Assembly (NCBI RefSeq): GCF_037042905.1
Contig: NC_087252.1
Coordinates: 18,478,001-18,542,000 of the forward strand
Length of the DNA stretch: 64,000 nucleotides
Direction of reading: 5' to 3'
Origin: Lytechinus pictus
Lineage: Eukaryota
The notes below the pieces were generated by a model. It had not been told where the DNA came from. It worked only from the letters and a program-made list of their open reading frames with translations, and ran no database searches. This document shows, one piece after another, positions 1 to 12,514 of the stretch (its first letter is position 1; every line of letters starts with the position of its first letter). Position numbers and translations under genes: made by a program.

Positions 1-103
1 ACGGTTTTCAAAGTGGGGGGGCTGACTATGCCAAAAATCACAATCGTATGGTCATTTTTACGTTTTTGTACATCATGGTTTTGGAAAAAAGTGGGGGGGG
101 GCC
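1..103 (+). mobile_element. Fragment of a short GC-ended MITE (same family as 23633-23788)
   Basis: acggttttcaaagtg...catttttgtacat...ttttggaaaaaagtg matches the element nested at 23633-23788 and its reverse copy at ~28617-28784. Confidence 0.6.
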
Positions 104-165
104 TGCTTAGTAATACTATAGTACAGGTCTAATGAAATGTTAGTACTTGTTAACATGTAGTGTAT

Positions 166-704
166 GTATGGTAGGGGGTCCTAAAGCTGCGCGGGTCCTA
201 AAGCTACGCACCACTCATCGCGCACGCAGTTTTTATGGCAAATGCGCACTCTGTGTGTGGAACTGTGACTGCAGAGTGACGAACGATTCCTACATGTATT
301 CAATTTTTTCTACAGAGGCTGCAGTAAATCTCTAAATGCAGAGAAAACCAATAACTGTTTCGGAATTTTGGAGTTATATTCGCTTAAATTTCATTTTATC
401 CTATGATAATATGAATATATTTTAGAAATTGAGGCACAGGAAATACTATTTTTTTGCATGATAAATCGAGTGCGTAGCTTTAGGACCCCTTCTACATCGG
501 GTGGCGAACATGGCGAAATCAAGAGGTGTTCGGAAAACACGGCGGGATTTTCGTATTAGTGAGTTTTGCGATATTTTCTTCTTGGTTAATGATCTTTAGA
601 ATGTTTGCCACAAATTAGTGAAAGATATTTGTTGAAATATTAAAATTGGGATAGTTTTTATTGTTTGAAAACAAAGTGCGTAGCTTTAGGTCCCCCCATC
701 ATAC
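166..704. mobile_element. Non-autonomous TIR DNA transposon (MITE)
   Basis: Ends gtatggtagggggtcctaaagct / agctttaggtccccccatcatac are imperfect inverted repeats; motif ggtcctaaagctacgcac recurs internally in both orientations; no clear TSD. Confidence 0.6.
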
Positions 705-2235
705 CCAGTCTTAGTTAGATAGGCCCACATTATTGAGGTTAATTAATGTCTTGAATTTAAGGGGTAGGGGTCTAACGTTAGACCTACCTGCAAAGAAACG
801 GAGTTGATCCGCTGATATCAGGAATTTAGGCCTCCCTACACCACCTTCAGCTGAAGTTGTTTCAGGTTGATACATGGACCTTGCATCTGGTCTATCAACA
901 GCTGCATCCACAGCCTTGTCAAAGATTTGTTTGGAACGGAGCAATGCCGATGACACGCCATCAAAATTTATCATGTAGTCACGATATTCCAATACATCTT
1001 TGAAAAGGCTATCGAGTTTGTACTGAATGGAATCGAAACAAATGCTGCCTGCATCAGCTTCTACATACGATATAAGTGCCGCAACACGTATTCTTATATT
1101 ATCGTTGATTCGTAACTCCATATTAGCTCGAGGAAGATTTGTAGCAGCAAGTGTAACGCGAACGGTCGAACAGGCTAGGCTAGCTAGGCGGAACCGGCAG
1201 CGGTCAGCGGGGCGTGATAGCAGTAGCACCAGTGCTGACTAGTGCAGGGTTGCTGGCGCAGGACGCGACGGCGTGATCGACGATCAGAAGTGCTGCTTTT
1301 ATTCACGCCCTCTCTTGTCCTTTTATTGTCAGTTTGTTTGAGTTTTTGACCTTATTTCTGCTGTTTTCTCTAACTCCGTAGTTGTCCTTATTTCTGAAGC
1401 TTTCAGTTTACGATTCCGTGGTTGTATTGTTTCTCCGGTTATCTGTATCTGCACGCCCTCTCTTGTCCTTTTATTGTCAGTTTGTTTGAGTTTTTGACCT
1501 TATTTTTGCCGTTTTCTTTAACTCCGTAGATAGAATTATTTCCAAAGCTTTCTTTATAATTCCGTGTTTGTCCTTGTATCTCCGGTTATCTGTATCTACA
1601 CAGCCTTCTTTAATTCTGTAGATGTCCTAATTTCTGCAGTTATCTTTATCTCCGAAGCTTTGCTTAATTCTGTGTTTGTCCTCATGTCTGCATTTCTTTT
1701 AATTTCGAAGTTTTCTTTAATTATGTGGTACGTTTTTCTTATATTTCCGCAGATATCCCCGCAGATATATCTCTATTTCCGAAGTTGCCTTTATTTCTGT
1801 TGTAGTTTTTAGGTCTCTGAAGTTTTCTTTAGTTCTGAGGTTGTCTATATTTATGAGGTTGTCTTTATTTCTCTGGCTGTCTATATTTCTGAAAATGTCT
1901 TTATTTCTGTGGAGTCTATTTTTCCTCAAGTTGTCTTTATTTCTGCGGTTGTCTATATTTCTGAAGTTGTATTTAATTCTGTGGATGTCTTTACGTTTCT
2001 CAAACTTTCTCTTTTTCTGTATATGAACATATATTTATGTGATTGTGTTCAATTATATGGATATTTCTGTATTTTTTTATCACTTATTATTTTTTGAGAT
2101 TGTCTTGTTTTTGTGTTTGTCCTTATTTCTGAAATTTCTTTATTTTTAGATATAATATTTCTTCATTTTAGTTTATTTTTAAGAGTGTATATATATTTCT
2201 CGAACTGTTAATTTTGGCCCTTTTGGCCGCCCATA
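705..2235 (-). mobile_element. 5' part of an IS3EU-like DNA transposon (truncated)
   Basis: Minus-strand terminus TATGGGCGGCCAAAAGGGCCAAAA at 2235 (TAYGG-type end), ~900 bp of degenerate subterminal repeats (agaaataaagacaacc-like), then a transposase-like N-terminal exon; other end not found. Confidence 0.55.
788..1121 (-). pseudogene. First coding exon of an IS3EU-like (integrase-core) transposase
   Basis: ATG at 1121 gives MELRIND...GGVGRPKFLISADQLRFFA, then donor G|GTAGGT at 787; GRPKFxIxxxQL resembles the start of the HTH region of eukaryotic IS3-like transposases; no downstream exons in window. Confidence 0.55.
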
Positions 2236-2516
2236 CTAATGAACTCTATTAAAGACAAGATCGAGAGAAAGTTCAAAGATCTTAACACTTACAAGGAACG
2301 GAAACTCAAGCGGAAACTCTTTGTAAAGACATCAAGAACTTAATTGGAAGCTATAAAGTTGGACAAAAGACGACTAATCACAACACGAAACAAAAGGTCA
2401 ACAGAAGATACAACAGAAAGAAATACAAAACACGGAGAAGACAACACATAAACAATACAGCCTCCAGCCATGCGTCATCTTCAAAAGAAGACCAGAGTCA
2501 ACCCTCAACGATAATA
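2236..2516 (+). mobile_element. Penelope-like element (PLE), 5' segment
   Basis: Basic open frame ...KQKVNRRYNRKKYKTRRR...QPSTII joins in frame to NLSDHNLSDAEISLLSKGLSFCPTP at 19820 once 2517-19817 and one TA are removed. Confidence 0.8.
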
Positions 2517-2519
2517 CCC

Positions 2520-4060
2520 AGGTAACAAGCCAACGTTGGCTCCACGTTGGAAACTTGAAAGTCGTTGGACGTTGGGAAAACTTGATGGATTAACGTTGAA
2601 TCGACGTTGGAAACTAGTTTGATGGAAAGATGATGGACAATCAACAATGACACGACGTTGGCAACGTTGGAAACTTGTTAGTCGGAGAGTTGTTGGACAG
2701 TCGACAATGTCACAACGTTGGAAACACGTTTGATTGGATAGTTGTTGAACAGCCAGCAAAGGCACAACGTTGGCAACGTTGGAAACTAGTTCGCTGGAAA
2801 GTTGTTGAACAACCGACAATGGCACAACGTTGACAAAGTTGGAAACTAGTTTGTTGGAGATTTGTTGGACGGTCGACAATGGCACAACGTTGGAAACTAG
2901 TAAGTTGGAGAGTTGTTGGACAGTCGACAATGTCACAACGTTGGAGACACGTTTGATTGGATAGTTGTTGACAGCCAGCAAAGACACAACGTTGGCAACG
3001 TTGGAAACTAGTTCGCTGGAAAGTTGTTGAACAACCGACAATGGCACAACGTTGACAAAGTTGGAAACTAGTTTGTTGGAGATTTGTTGGACGGTCGACA
3101 ATGGCACAACGTTGGAGACTAGTAAGTTGGAGAGTTGTTGGACAGTCGACAATGTCACAACGTTGGAGACACGTTTGATTGGATAGTTGTTGACAGCCAG
3201 CAAAGACACAACGTTGGCAACGTTGGAAACTAGTTCGCTGGAAAGTTGTTGAACAATCAACAATGACACGACGTTGGCAACGTTGGAAACTTGTTAGTTG
3301 GAGAGTTGTTGGACAGTCGACAATGGCACAACGATGGAAATTAGTAGGTTGGAGATTAGTTGGATAGTCAACGATGACACAAGGTTGGCAACGTTGGAAA
3401 CTAGTTCGATGGAAAGTTGTTATGAACAACCAACTATGGCACAACGTTGTCAAAGCTAGAAACTAGTTCGATGGAGATTTGTTGGATAGTCGACGATGGC
3501 ACAACGTTGGAAACTGGTAGATTGGAGATTAGTTAGATAGTATACAATGACACAACGTTGATAAAGCTGGAAACTAGTTAGATGGAAAGTTGTTGAACAA
3601 CTGACACTGGCACAACGTTGGAAACTGGTAGATTGGAGATCAGTAGGATAGTCGACGATGACACAACGTTGGCAACGTTGGAAAGTTGTTGAACAACAGA
3701 CAATGGCACAACATTGGAAACTAGTGTGTTGGAGATTTGTTGGACAGCCAACAACGTCACAACGTTGGAAACGCGTGTTTGATTGGATAGGTGTTGAACA
3801 GCCAACAAAGGCACAGCGTTGACTACGTCGGAAACTAGTTCGATGGAGAGTTGCTGAACAACCGACAAAGGAACAACGTTGGAAACTATTTTCTTGGAGA
3901 TTTGTTGGACAGTCGACAATGGCACAACGTTGACAAAGTTGGAAACTAGTTTGATGGAGAGTTGTTGAACAACGGACAATGGCACAACGTGGACAGCGTA
4001 ATTGGAATAGTTTATTGGACAGTTAACATTGACACAATGTTGGAAACTATAGTTTGTTGG
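2520..4060. repeat. Subterminal tandem array of AACGTT-containing units
   Basis: caacgttggaaactagtt...gttgttggacagtcgacaatggca units with higher-order repeats; source of repetitive ORFs 2505-3985. Confidence 0.9.
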
Positions 4061-6549
4061 ATATTTGTTTGACAGTCAACATAATATCCTGGCATAATAT
4101 ACACAGTGTTGAGAACGTTAGAAACTGGTTCATTGGAGAATTGATAATTGATAAAGTTGGCGGAGTACAGCAAGTCTGCATATGCCGACTTAACCCAAGA
4201 CAAGACAAGACTACTGGCATAATTTCCAATGGGGCCAAGGGGGGGGGGGTCGATCAAGTAAGTTTGCTTGTCTATCCATGTCACCCTTGGTATCCCCCAG
4301 CAATAAGGGGAAAAGAAATCGAGAGAGAAGGAAAATAATGGGAAGGGAAAGAGGAACTAAAACTAAGTCTAAGGGGAAAACAAAAATAAAGATGGGGTAG
4401 AATAGAGAGGCTGCATGCACCTGGGGATGCAAATGTGTCGATTAATATAGAAAATAAAGAAGAAAAACAAGAAAAAAAATGTAGTTCAAGACCAGAATTT
4501 CCAGAAACGCCCTCGTCGATCCTTTGCAGCTGGCAAGGCCTTTCACAGTAAGTACGAGATATGTCATAGGCCTACCGTCACATAACTAGAAGAAATTGAA
4601 GAAGGAAATACAAGCATCAAATGTGCCTATTTAAAAATACCATACTATTCTGATGCGCAGAATTAGTCGCGACGTCGGACTCCTTCTGTCATGTCTGTGT
4701 AGTCTGCTTCCTTCAATTTTGAACTTGAAGAATCTGGCAGAATTTGGACTGGATAGTGGATATAGATAAGTAAATTCCAGAATATCTAGTGATCTGGAAC
4801 AGTACTTATAAGCTGTATATTTAGGACCTACAATCTACAGTTGAATTTTCTTTGCACTTGCAGATAATCGGTAACTGCAACCATTGATCCCCTCCGAAAG
4901 ATCCCGGAGTCAGCTTCTGTGTGCGTACAGTCCGACGCAAGTATATTCGTGTACTGTAAGTAGTAGTAAAGTAGTACTTAACACCAGTCACTGCACAGTA
5001 TAACATACTAAATTACTAACTAACCTCGTAATTAGCTTGTGTGAGTGACTAATACTAACCTCGCAATACGTGTGAGTGGGAACGAGTATGCGATACCAAT
5101 GGCAAGGCAACAGTCATTGGATGATTTTCAAAATTCAAGTACGTACAGTGTTGAAATCTGGTGTTGGTGTAACCCACCCTTACAAAAAATTCCTGTAGTA
5201 CTCTGTGATATGTACTGCAGGAAGTATCGCAGGAAAGTACTGCAGGAATTACGTGCACGTAATTTGGGACGGTACTACAGAAATGTACAACAGGAGTACA
5301 ACAGGCCCGTGTCCTGTGATACTTCCTGTGGTAATAACCGCATAAGTATGGCAGGAAGTATGACAGGACACGATCACCACAACCGCTACAACCGCTACAA
5401 CCACTACCACACTACTATTAGTACTACAGGACAGTATCACAGGATAGTATCACAGGATAGTATCACATGATAGTATGACAGGACAGTATGACAGGATAGT
5501 ATGACAGGACAGTATGACAGGACAGTACTACAGGAATACCGCAGACCAGTATCACAGGGAAGTACTACAGAACAGTATCGCAGGACAGTACTACAGGAGT
5601 ACCGCAGGCTTCTGGTACTGTGTCCTGTAATACTGTCCTGTGATACTGGTCTGGTATTCCTGTAGTACTGTCCTGTGATACTGGTCTGGTATTCCTGTAG
5701 TACTGTCCTGTGATACTGGTCTGGTATTCCTGTAGTACTGTCCTGTGATACTGGTCTGGTATTCCTGTAGTACTGTCCTGTGATACTGGTCTGGTATTCC
5801 TGTAGTACTGTCCTGTGATACTATCCTGTGGTGATAAATAGTATCACAGGACAGTATGACAGGACAGTACTTTAGGAATTCCGCAGACCAGTATCACAGG
5901 AAAGTACTACAGAACAGTACTACAGGACAGTACTGCAGGAATACCAAGAGACCTTACCGCAGGACAATTCCTGCAGTACTGTCCTGTGGTATTCCTGTGA
6001 TACTGATCTTTGATATCTTCTGTGGCATTATTGGTCTCATCCTGCAGCCTTCTTGTGATACTTTACTGTGGTAATCCTGCAGGGGTATTCTTGTTGATTT
6101 CCTGTGACAATCCTATGGTATTGTCCTGTAGTAGTCTGTGCGATTTTCTCACGACACCGTCCTGCACTGGTTTGTTAGGCGTAGTAGTTTGTAAGAATTT
6201 CCTGTGATCCAGCACAACAACTTTGACATCTTGACTAATGAAAAGAGGCGTGAAAAAACCCACAAATTTGCAAAGACGTTAAAAGCATATTCACATACCT
6301 TTATTATGTATGAGCTGTACTATGCACAGTATAGAACATCTTTGATATCATAAATGACTGCTAGAATAATGCAGTAACATTTCATCTTTAGGATAAGACA
6401 TGTACAAAGATTTATATCCATGAACATTGAGATGCCACATGAACTACTTTCACTATTCATACATTGCTGCCATTTTGAGATCACATAAAGAAAGCTAGAT
6501 TCGACCCAGAATCCTTCCCTCTAACACAACAATAAGCGATTATTATTAA

Positions 6550-6721
6550 TACCTTGGTCACATTCCTTGACCGGTTGCCTTACGGCGAGACAAAATCAGC
6601 AGTTTTAGGTATTCCTGTACAAACCACCCACGTGTAGCTGGTAGTAGCTGGTACAAGGATGATTAAGACTGTTAATTTTGACTCGACGTAAGGCCACGAG
6701 CCGGCGAATGTAACCAAGGCT
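6550..6721. mobile_element. PIF/Harbinger-like MITE
   Basis: TIR ccttggtcacattc / gaatgtaaccaagg; TAA on both flanks. Confidence 0.55.
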
Positions 6722-8124
6722 TAACCAGTATTATGGTTGCAAAAAAAACTGTAATAGCTGAGCAATTGCATTTTCCCCTTCTTGTCAACACCCGATTGGC
6801 TTAATACTAAAAGCAGAACATCCTTTACTCAACCATGTTATGAAACAATGGATAACCACTTCTGCATGTACAGATAATGCATGGTGCACATACAGTAAGG
6901 GATGAAATCATGATGTGTTGATCACCAGTATAAACTTAAAGTACATGAACGTAATCATAATCACTTCATTTTGCTCAGAATTCACTTAAGTCCATAAATA
7001 CTAAAAGATATTTTTGAATGAATTTCACATGATTTAGAACGTTCACCATAGGTTAGAAAAAATATTTACATAAGATTACTTTGCCAAAACGTAGATCAAA
7101 TCTATTGAGACATTAACCTTTTTGACATTGAATAGGCATATCATTTTACACAGTCTTCTTGTCTAAGAATTGCTCCAACTACGTATTGAAGGGTTATATA
7201 TGAATGTAAGCATGAGCCCATCATAAACACGAAATTGCGGCATGTAATTTGATTTGCTACATGTCATAATTGATAACTAAATGACGTTCAATACTTGATG
7301 TTGCTACATAAAATAATTAAGGTCATGTGGCAATGTGAATTCATACCTACTCGAGTCATTTAGTAATTTCAATTAGTATATGACCTAATTAATTATGACA
7401 TATAGCTCAAAATTGACTTGAATAATTATGACCAATTTGATTGACCTCAATTATTTGAAGTAGCAACATCAATTATTTAACATAAGCACTCTCAATCGAG
7501 GTGGAGTAACTCTTCTTTAGGTCATGTTACTATTCGAATTGGAACATGTCATTGTTTAGGTCATGCAGCAATTCAAATTACTTGCTCAAGTAAACAATTA
7601 CAATTGTAATATCACGCAAAATGAATTAGCTGTACATGACATAATTCTGTTCTTTGATGGGCTTATGCTTCCATATATTAAGTAAATGGCTTTAATTCTT
7701 AATGATTATCCAAAAATTCATATACATAAAATAAACCAATATGAAGAGCATCATATCCAAAGTGATCACCAGTTCACCCAATGTTACAGTACAAAAATAA
7801 AAAGCTGATTTTCTTATGTACTTTCACACATGTTATACATGTGCACTGTATGTCACTTGACCCTGGCAGACAATAGAATTGACAAGCAGTGAGTCCTACA
7901 TGTACATGTAGCTGCCTGGTTTGCATACTTTAATGTTATATGAATTTCAATCATGGCCATGTGCTGTTTATACACTAACTGGAGGGATCTTGTCATAATG
8001 TTATGTCAATTAAAAACTGAATAAAATCCCAATTATCCTGAATAGCTAGACTAGCCCCCTTGCAATGGACATTGTAATCTTGTTTTCTTTTACCTTTCAT
8101 TATTTTTGAAAATTTTCATACAAC

Positions 8125-9051
8125 TAGGGCTGGGACTAAAACCCGGGTACCCGAGTAGAAAAATCAATACCCGATACCCGAAAATTGCTCACCAGTATAA
8201 TGTACATGTATTTGATTTGTATTGCGTAGTGTAAGACATGATTGTAACTCATTACAAAAGTACACAAGCCTCATTTTGAATTTCACCAATTACCCTCTAA
8301 ATATCCATAAATATACAAGTTTTCAAGTGATGATGATGTGACCGAGATCGTTCAATCATCGCCATGTTTCTTTTGCAGCGCAGTGACGTCATCCAGGTAC
8401 TGCGACGCAAACCAATTTATGAATGAAAATATAGTAAGCATGCGCATTGCAAGCCTCAGCCCCACGCAGTATTACGTCAAAACAAGTCTGCAATACTCTG
8501 TCACCTCATACCAAAATCGACCTACGAAGCACCAGCCAATCACGTTCTTGTTACCATTTTTAGTTCATCATAAACCGAAAATGGGAACACGATCGTGATT
8601 GGCTGGCGCATTTGACGCTCCGAAACCCGGAAATCAATTGACTTTGTTCACGTAGCGATACAAACTCACGAACACGATGTAATATCGATGCTACTTCGTA
8701 AGATTTTGACGGAAAAGCAAGAATAAAAATTTGCTTACCTGTGCAGTATCGGTGAGAAAACCTTTTATAATTCATATGATATATAGGAAAGTGGAATTCT
8801 AGGTCGATTTTGGTACGAGGTGACAGAGTATTGAAACTTGTTTCGATGGAATACTGCGTGGGGCACGGGAGGCTTGCAATGCGCATGCTTACTATATTTT
8901 CATTCATAAATTGGCTTGCATCGCATTGGCTTGATGACGTCACCTATGGGGTGTTTCCACCAGTCATATTTCAAGTGACATGATTTTCAGGTACCCACCC
9001 GAAAATTACCACGGGTACCCGAAGAGAAAAAACCCGAAAGTCCCAGGCCTA
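8125..9051. mobile_element. hAT-like MITE
   Basis: TAGGGCTGGGACT...AGTCCCAGGCCTA ends; 8-bp TSD CATACAAC (8117-8124, 9052-9059); internal ~140-bp inverted repeat 8383-8525 / 8800-8943. Confidence 0.85.
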
Positions 9052-9304
9052 CATACAACTCTTTGTTTTTTTTAATACTTTATCAAAGCTTTTATGATTA
9101 TAAATGTAATTAAATAATTTGACTTGATAAATGTATATTACTGGTATACTAATTGTGAATTTTTAGCAAGAAACAGTATTTGTGTTGGTTTAATACATAA
9201 AAATGTTGCGAAATTTCGGAACAGCGTACCCAGGCATCACAAATTTGGTCTCAAAAGATGTGCAAGACTTGAAAGTAAAAAGGCAGCTAACAGCCTCCCA
9301 GTTA

Positions 9305-9765
9305 TTAACCCTTAGTTAAATTGGACCAATTTGACCCCCCCCCCCTTCCAAAAATTTTGCGACCATGCTGTCGCACAATTTTTTTAAAACATGCCTCTTT
9401 CTAGTCTTGTGCATCTTTTGAGACCAATCTTGTGTCACCCGGTACGTGGTTCTGTAATAACGTGACATTATGTAAGTACATGTCATACCAAAAATTGCTC
9501 AAAAACGTGATTTTGTGTACAAAGTCAATGCAATAGAGGAAAAAGTATGATTTTGTATTCTAATTACGCATAAATTAGTATTATCACTTACTAACAATTT
9601 GCGTGAAATAATTTACAATTTAATTTTGTAAATTATGCCCTAGACAACCCATGTGCCAATGTTAGACGCGATTGTGCGGTCAAGATCTCAAGGAAGGGGG
9701 GGGGGCCCTGGAAACCCCCCCTCCCCCCTTCCCCGGCCATATCAACTCCCAAAATACCCTGGCTT
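9305..9765. mobile_element. Truncated piggyBac-like MITE
   Basis: Left end TTAA-CCCT, C-run and G-run subterminal motifs; right TIR and TTAA missing. Confidence 0.4.
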
Positions 9766-10514
9766 TAGTTGACTTTCTGGCTCCTCTTGAGTAGTCACCA
9801 TTCATTGGACAGCTTGTTTTTATCCAAGTCTGTATAGCACGAGGCAGCTTAATCTGTAGAAAAAAAAACACATACCATTACGATAACATGAACAACATAA
9901 AAATACAAGAAATAAGGTGTTTTGCCCCCATCTAGATCTCTTTTCACAAGTACATATCTATCGGATAATGAGGTCCTTGCGGCTATCTCTCTTAGCATAT
10001 TCTTGCTTATAAAAGCAAACTAAGCCGAAGAGTGACAAACAATTTATAATGCAAACAAATTGTCATAAGCACATATTGAAACTCTTTAATAAAACAATGA
10101 AGAATAAATCTACATCTTCTAACAAGGATTACACTGTATGCCACTGCATGAATACAATCTGCTTAATTTTGTAAAATTTTTATAATATCTACTGAAGTGA
10201 ATGCCTATATAATCACCTTTTATGAACTCCAACCGTGTCTTGTACAAGAACATGGCCTTTTCTGTGTACACCTGTAGTATCTTTCCCACATAATGCTGGA
10301 CTTGCTGCTCGATCATCCAGAGATCCCTCTTTGAATCTTTAATGAAATGAAATGAATTTGAGTGACATAGTAAAATTTTATTTGCAGGTTAATACAAATA
10401 CATGATGTAATAAAAATACATGATAAAACTTCTTCATTTCCATATTTCAGTGTTACAATTCAGGTGCAAAGAGTCATATTCTTTAATAATATTCAACATA
10501 AAATCAATGAAAAC

Positions 10515-11501
10515 TAGTGCTGTTGTCGATAGGCCTCATATCGACATTGATGTCGACATACGAAGGATTTTCAAAATTCCGACATGTCGACATGCACGCA
10601 CCCACATCGACATGTAAACATAAAATAAAAAGGGGTCTAGCCTATAATCACGAGTGTAAAGATTAGCTGAAAAGTTAGAAGCATTTATCCACAGTAATTG
10701 GCGCAATTAAAAGGTTTATTCAGCTTAGCAGCGCATTAAATGAAAAAAGAATATCTGCGAGCTGTGCGGCAGTAGAAATACGTCAGTGCAGGGCCGGCCT
10801 GCCCGATCGAGCCGCCCTCGATATCCCGTTATAGCGAGAGTAGCATTCACCGTACCCATCCACGGAAATATGTACCCATTGCGCGCTATTCACCGTGCTT
10901 GATAATACGTTGCTCCTCAATGCATTACTTTTCACATAAACGTGAGCAGCAGCGAACACGTGTTTTTGTCAAAGTTGTGACTGCCGCAATTGAGCGCTTA
11001 CTTCATATCACGAAGTCACAGAAAACTTCCCTTCATTCGTTTGGAGATCGTTGCACGGATCGCCGCGGAAGTGATACTGAAATTATCGGTCGATTTTCAT
11101 TACTTTTCATTGTCAAATTGAGGAGCTTGCGTTTGCAGCAATGATCACTGTTGTAATTGGTGATTCTCAAATTGGCTACGAGTGTTATTGAGCAATGCTT
11201 TCGAAACCGGATCCTGGTACAAAAACTTGATTCTCCAGAAAAAAAATGTGGATTAAATCAGTGATTTTGGAAGCTCAATTCCCGAACTGAGCCTGTATTA
11301 TATAGATCTAGTGTGGGGATATCACTCGTGTCAAGGTGAATATATTTGATTGAGAGTGTTGTTCCACGATCGAATGCGTTTTTTTTATGTTAGGGAGCCC
11401 AGGCTAAATTACGGTCCCTTTTTCATGTCGACATTGTCGATGTCGGGATTAATTTTTAAGCGACATGTCGACATGGATTTTTGTTCCCGACAACAGCACT
11501 A
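10515..11501. mobile_element. hAT-like MITE
   Basis: TIR TAGTGCTGTTGTCG...CGACAACAGCACTA; 8-bp TSD ATGAAAAC (10507-10514, 11502-11509); tcgacat subterminal motifs. Confidence 0.9.
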
Positions 11502-11966
11502 ATGAAAACATTAAAAGTAGAGGAGCATTTTAACCTTACTCACAGTCTGTTATTGTCGCTAAAGTCTTTACAATAAGAAGATTGGGCACTTTGCCGACAT
11601 CGCGTAATGCTTTGCATCGATTTACATGTATAATAGTCTTTGTGCCTAGTCTTTTCTATGTAGTGTCTTTAATATGTAGATAAAACATGCGTCCTTTAGC
11701 TAGTTAGACGAACAATTTTGGAAATTAAAGACGGATCCATATTTTATCAACCGGAAGAGAAATTAGTGCTTAAATGAAGCTATTTGAGGGATATTGATGA
11801 TATTTAGGGTGAATTGACTTCACATCTTTTCGTAAGTTTGTCATGTTCATAGAAGGCCGGACTTGATTTTATAGAAACCTCTTTTAAATTTGTGGGATTG
11901 CCTACCTCGAGTGAAGTTTGTGCAGGCTCCACTCCACTTCACTATTGCTACACTACGCTCCACCTA

Positions 11967-12514
11967 CCCAAACTTTGAGACCGTGAACTGGATCTGCCGA
12001 TCTGATATTCCGAGTGACAAAAAGTGGGATCTTATGGGGGGGGGGGGGGATATCAAATTCATGCAACATCACGCTCTTTAAAAAAATTAAAACTAATATT
12101 CTTCCTGCACACAAAGTTTCAGTTCTTCTCCATGCCTCTATCCGTCTCAAAATTGATGATTTAGAGCCAACATGAAGTTTCTCACACGTATCAATATTCA
12201 ATACATCGCATGCGTGTGAGGTCGGTCGGGTCAGACCAGGCCCGGTATCTCGCGAATATTGCATCCGCATGCAATGTTTTGAAATCGGCAGCGAATTATA
12301 AATATGTGTGAGGAACTTCATGTTGGCTCTAAATCACCAATTTTGAGACTGATAAAAGCATGGAACTAAATGAAACTTTGTGTAAAGTAAGAATATTAGT
12401 TTTAATTCTTTTTAAAAATCAAGATGTTGCATGAATTTTATATTCCCCACCCCCATAAAATCCCACCTCTGTCACTCAGAATATCAGATCGAGTTCATGG
12501 TCTCGAAGTTCGCG
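11967..12514. mobile_element. Foldback MITE with ~220-bp inverted arms
   Basis: 11971-12190 is the diverged reverse complement of ~12303-12510; TSD not resolved. Confidence 0.7.

Noticed and set aside
2505..3985. Long repetitive ORFs (254, 247 and 135 aa) that look like repeat proteins or a CRISPR-like array
   Set aside because: Translations of transposon subterminal tandem repeats; no unique spacers, no cas genes, eukaryotic context
4864..4955. Exon-like segment with good acceptor and GTAAGT donor
   Set aside because: Stops in all three frames; at most a non-coding exon inside the transposon
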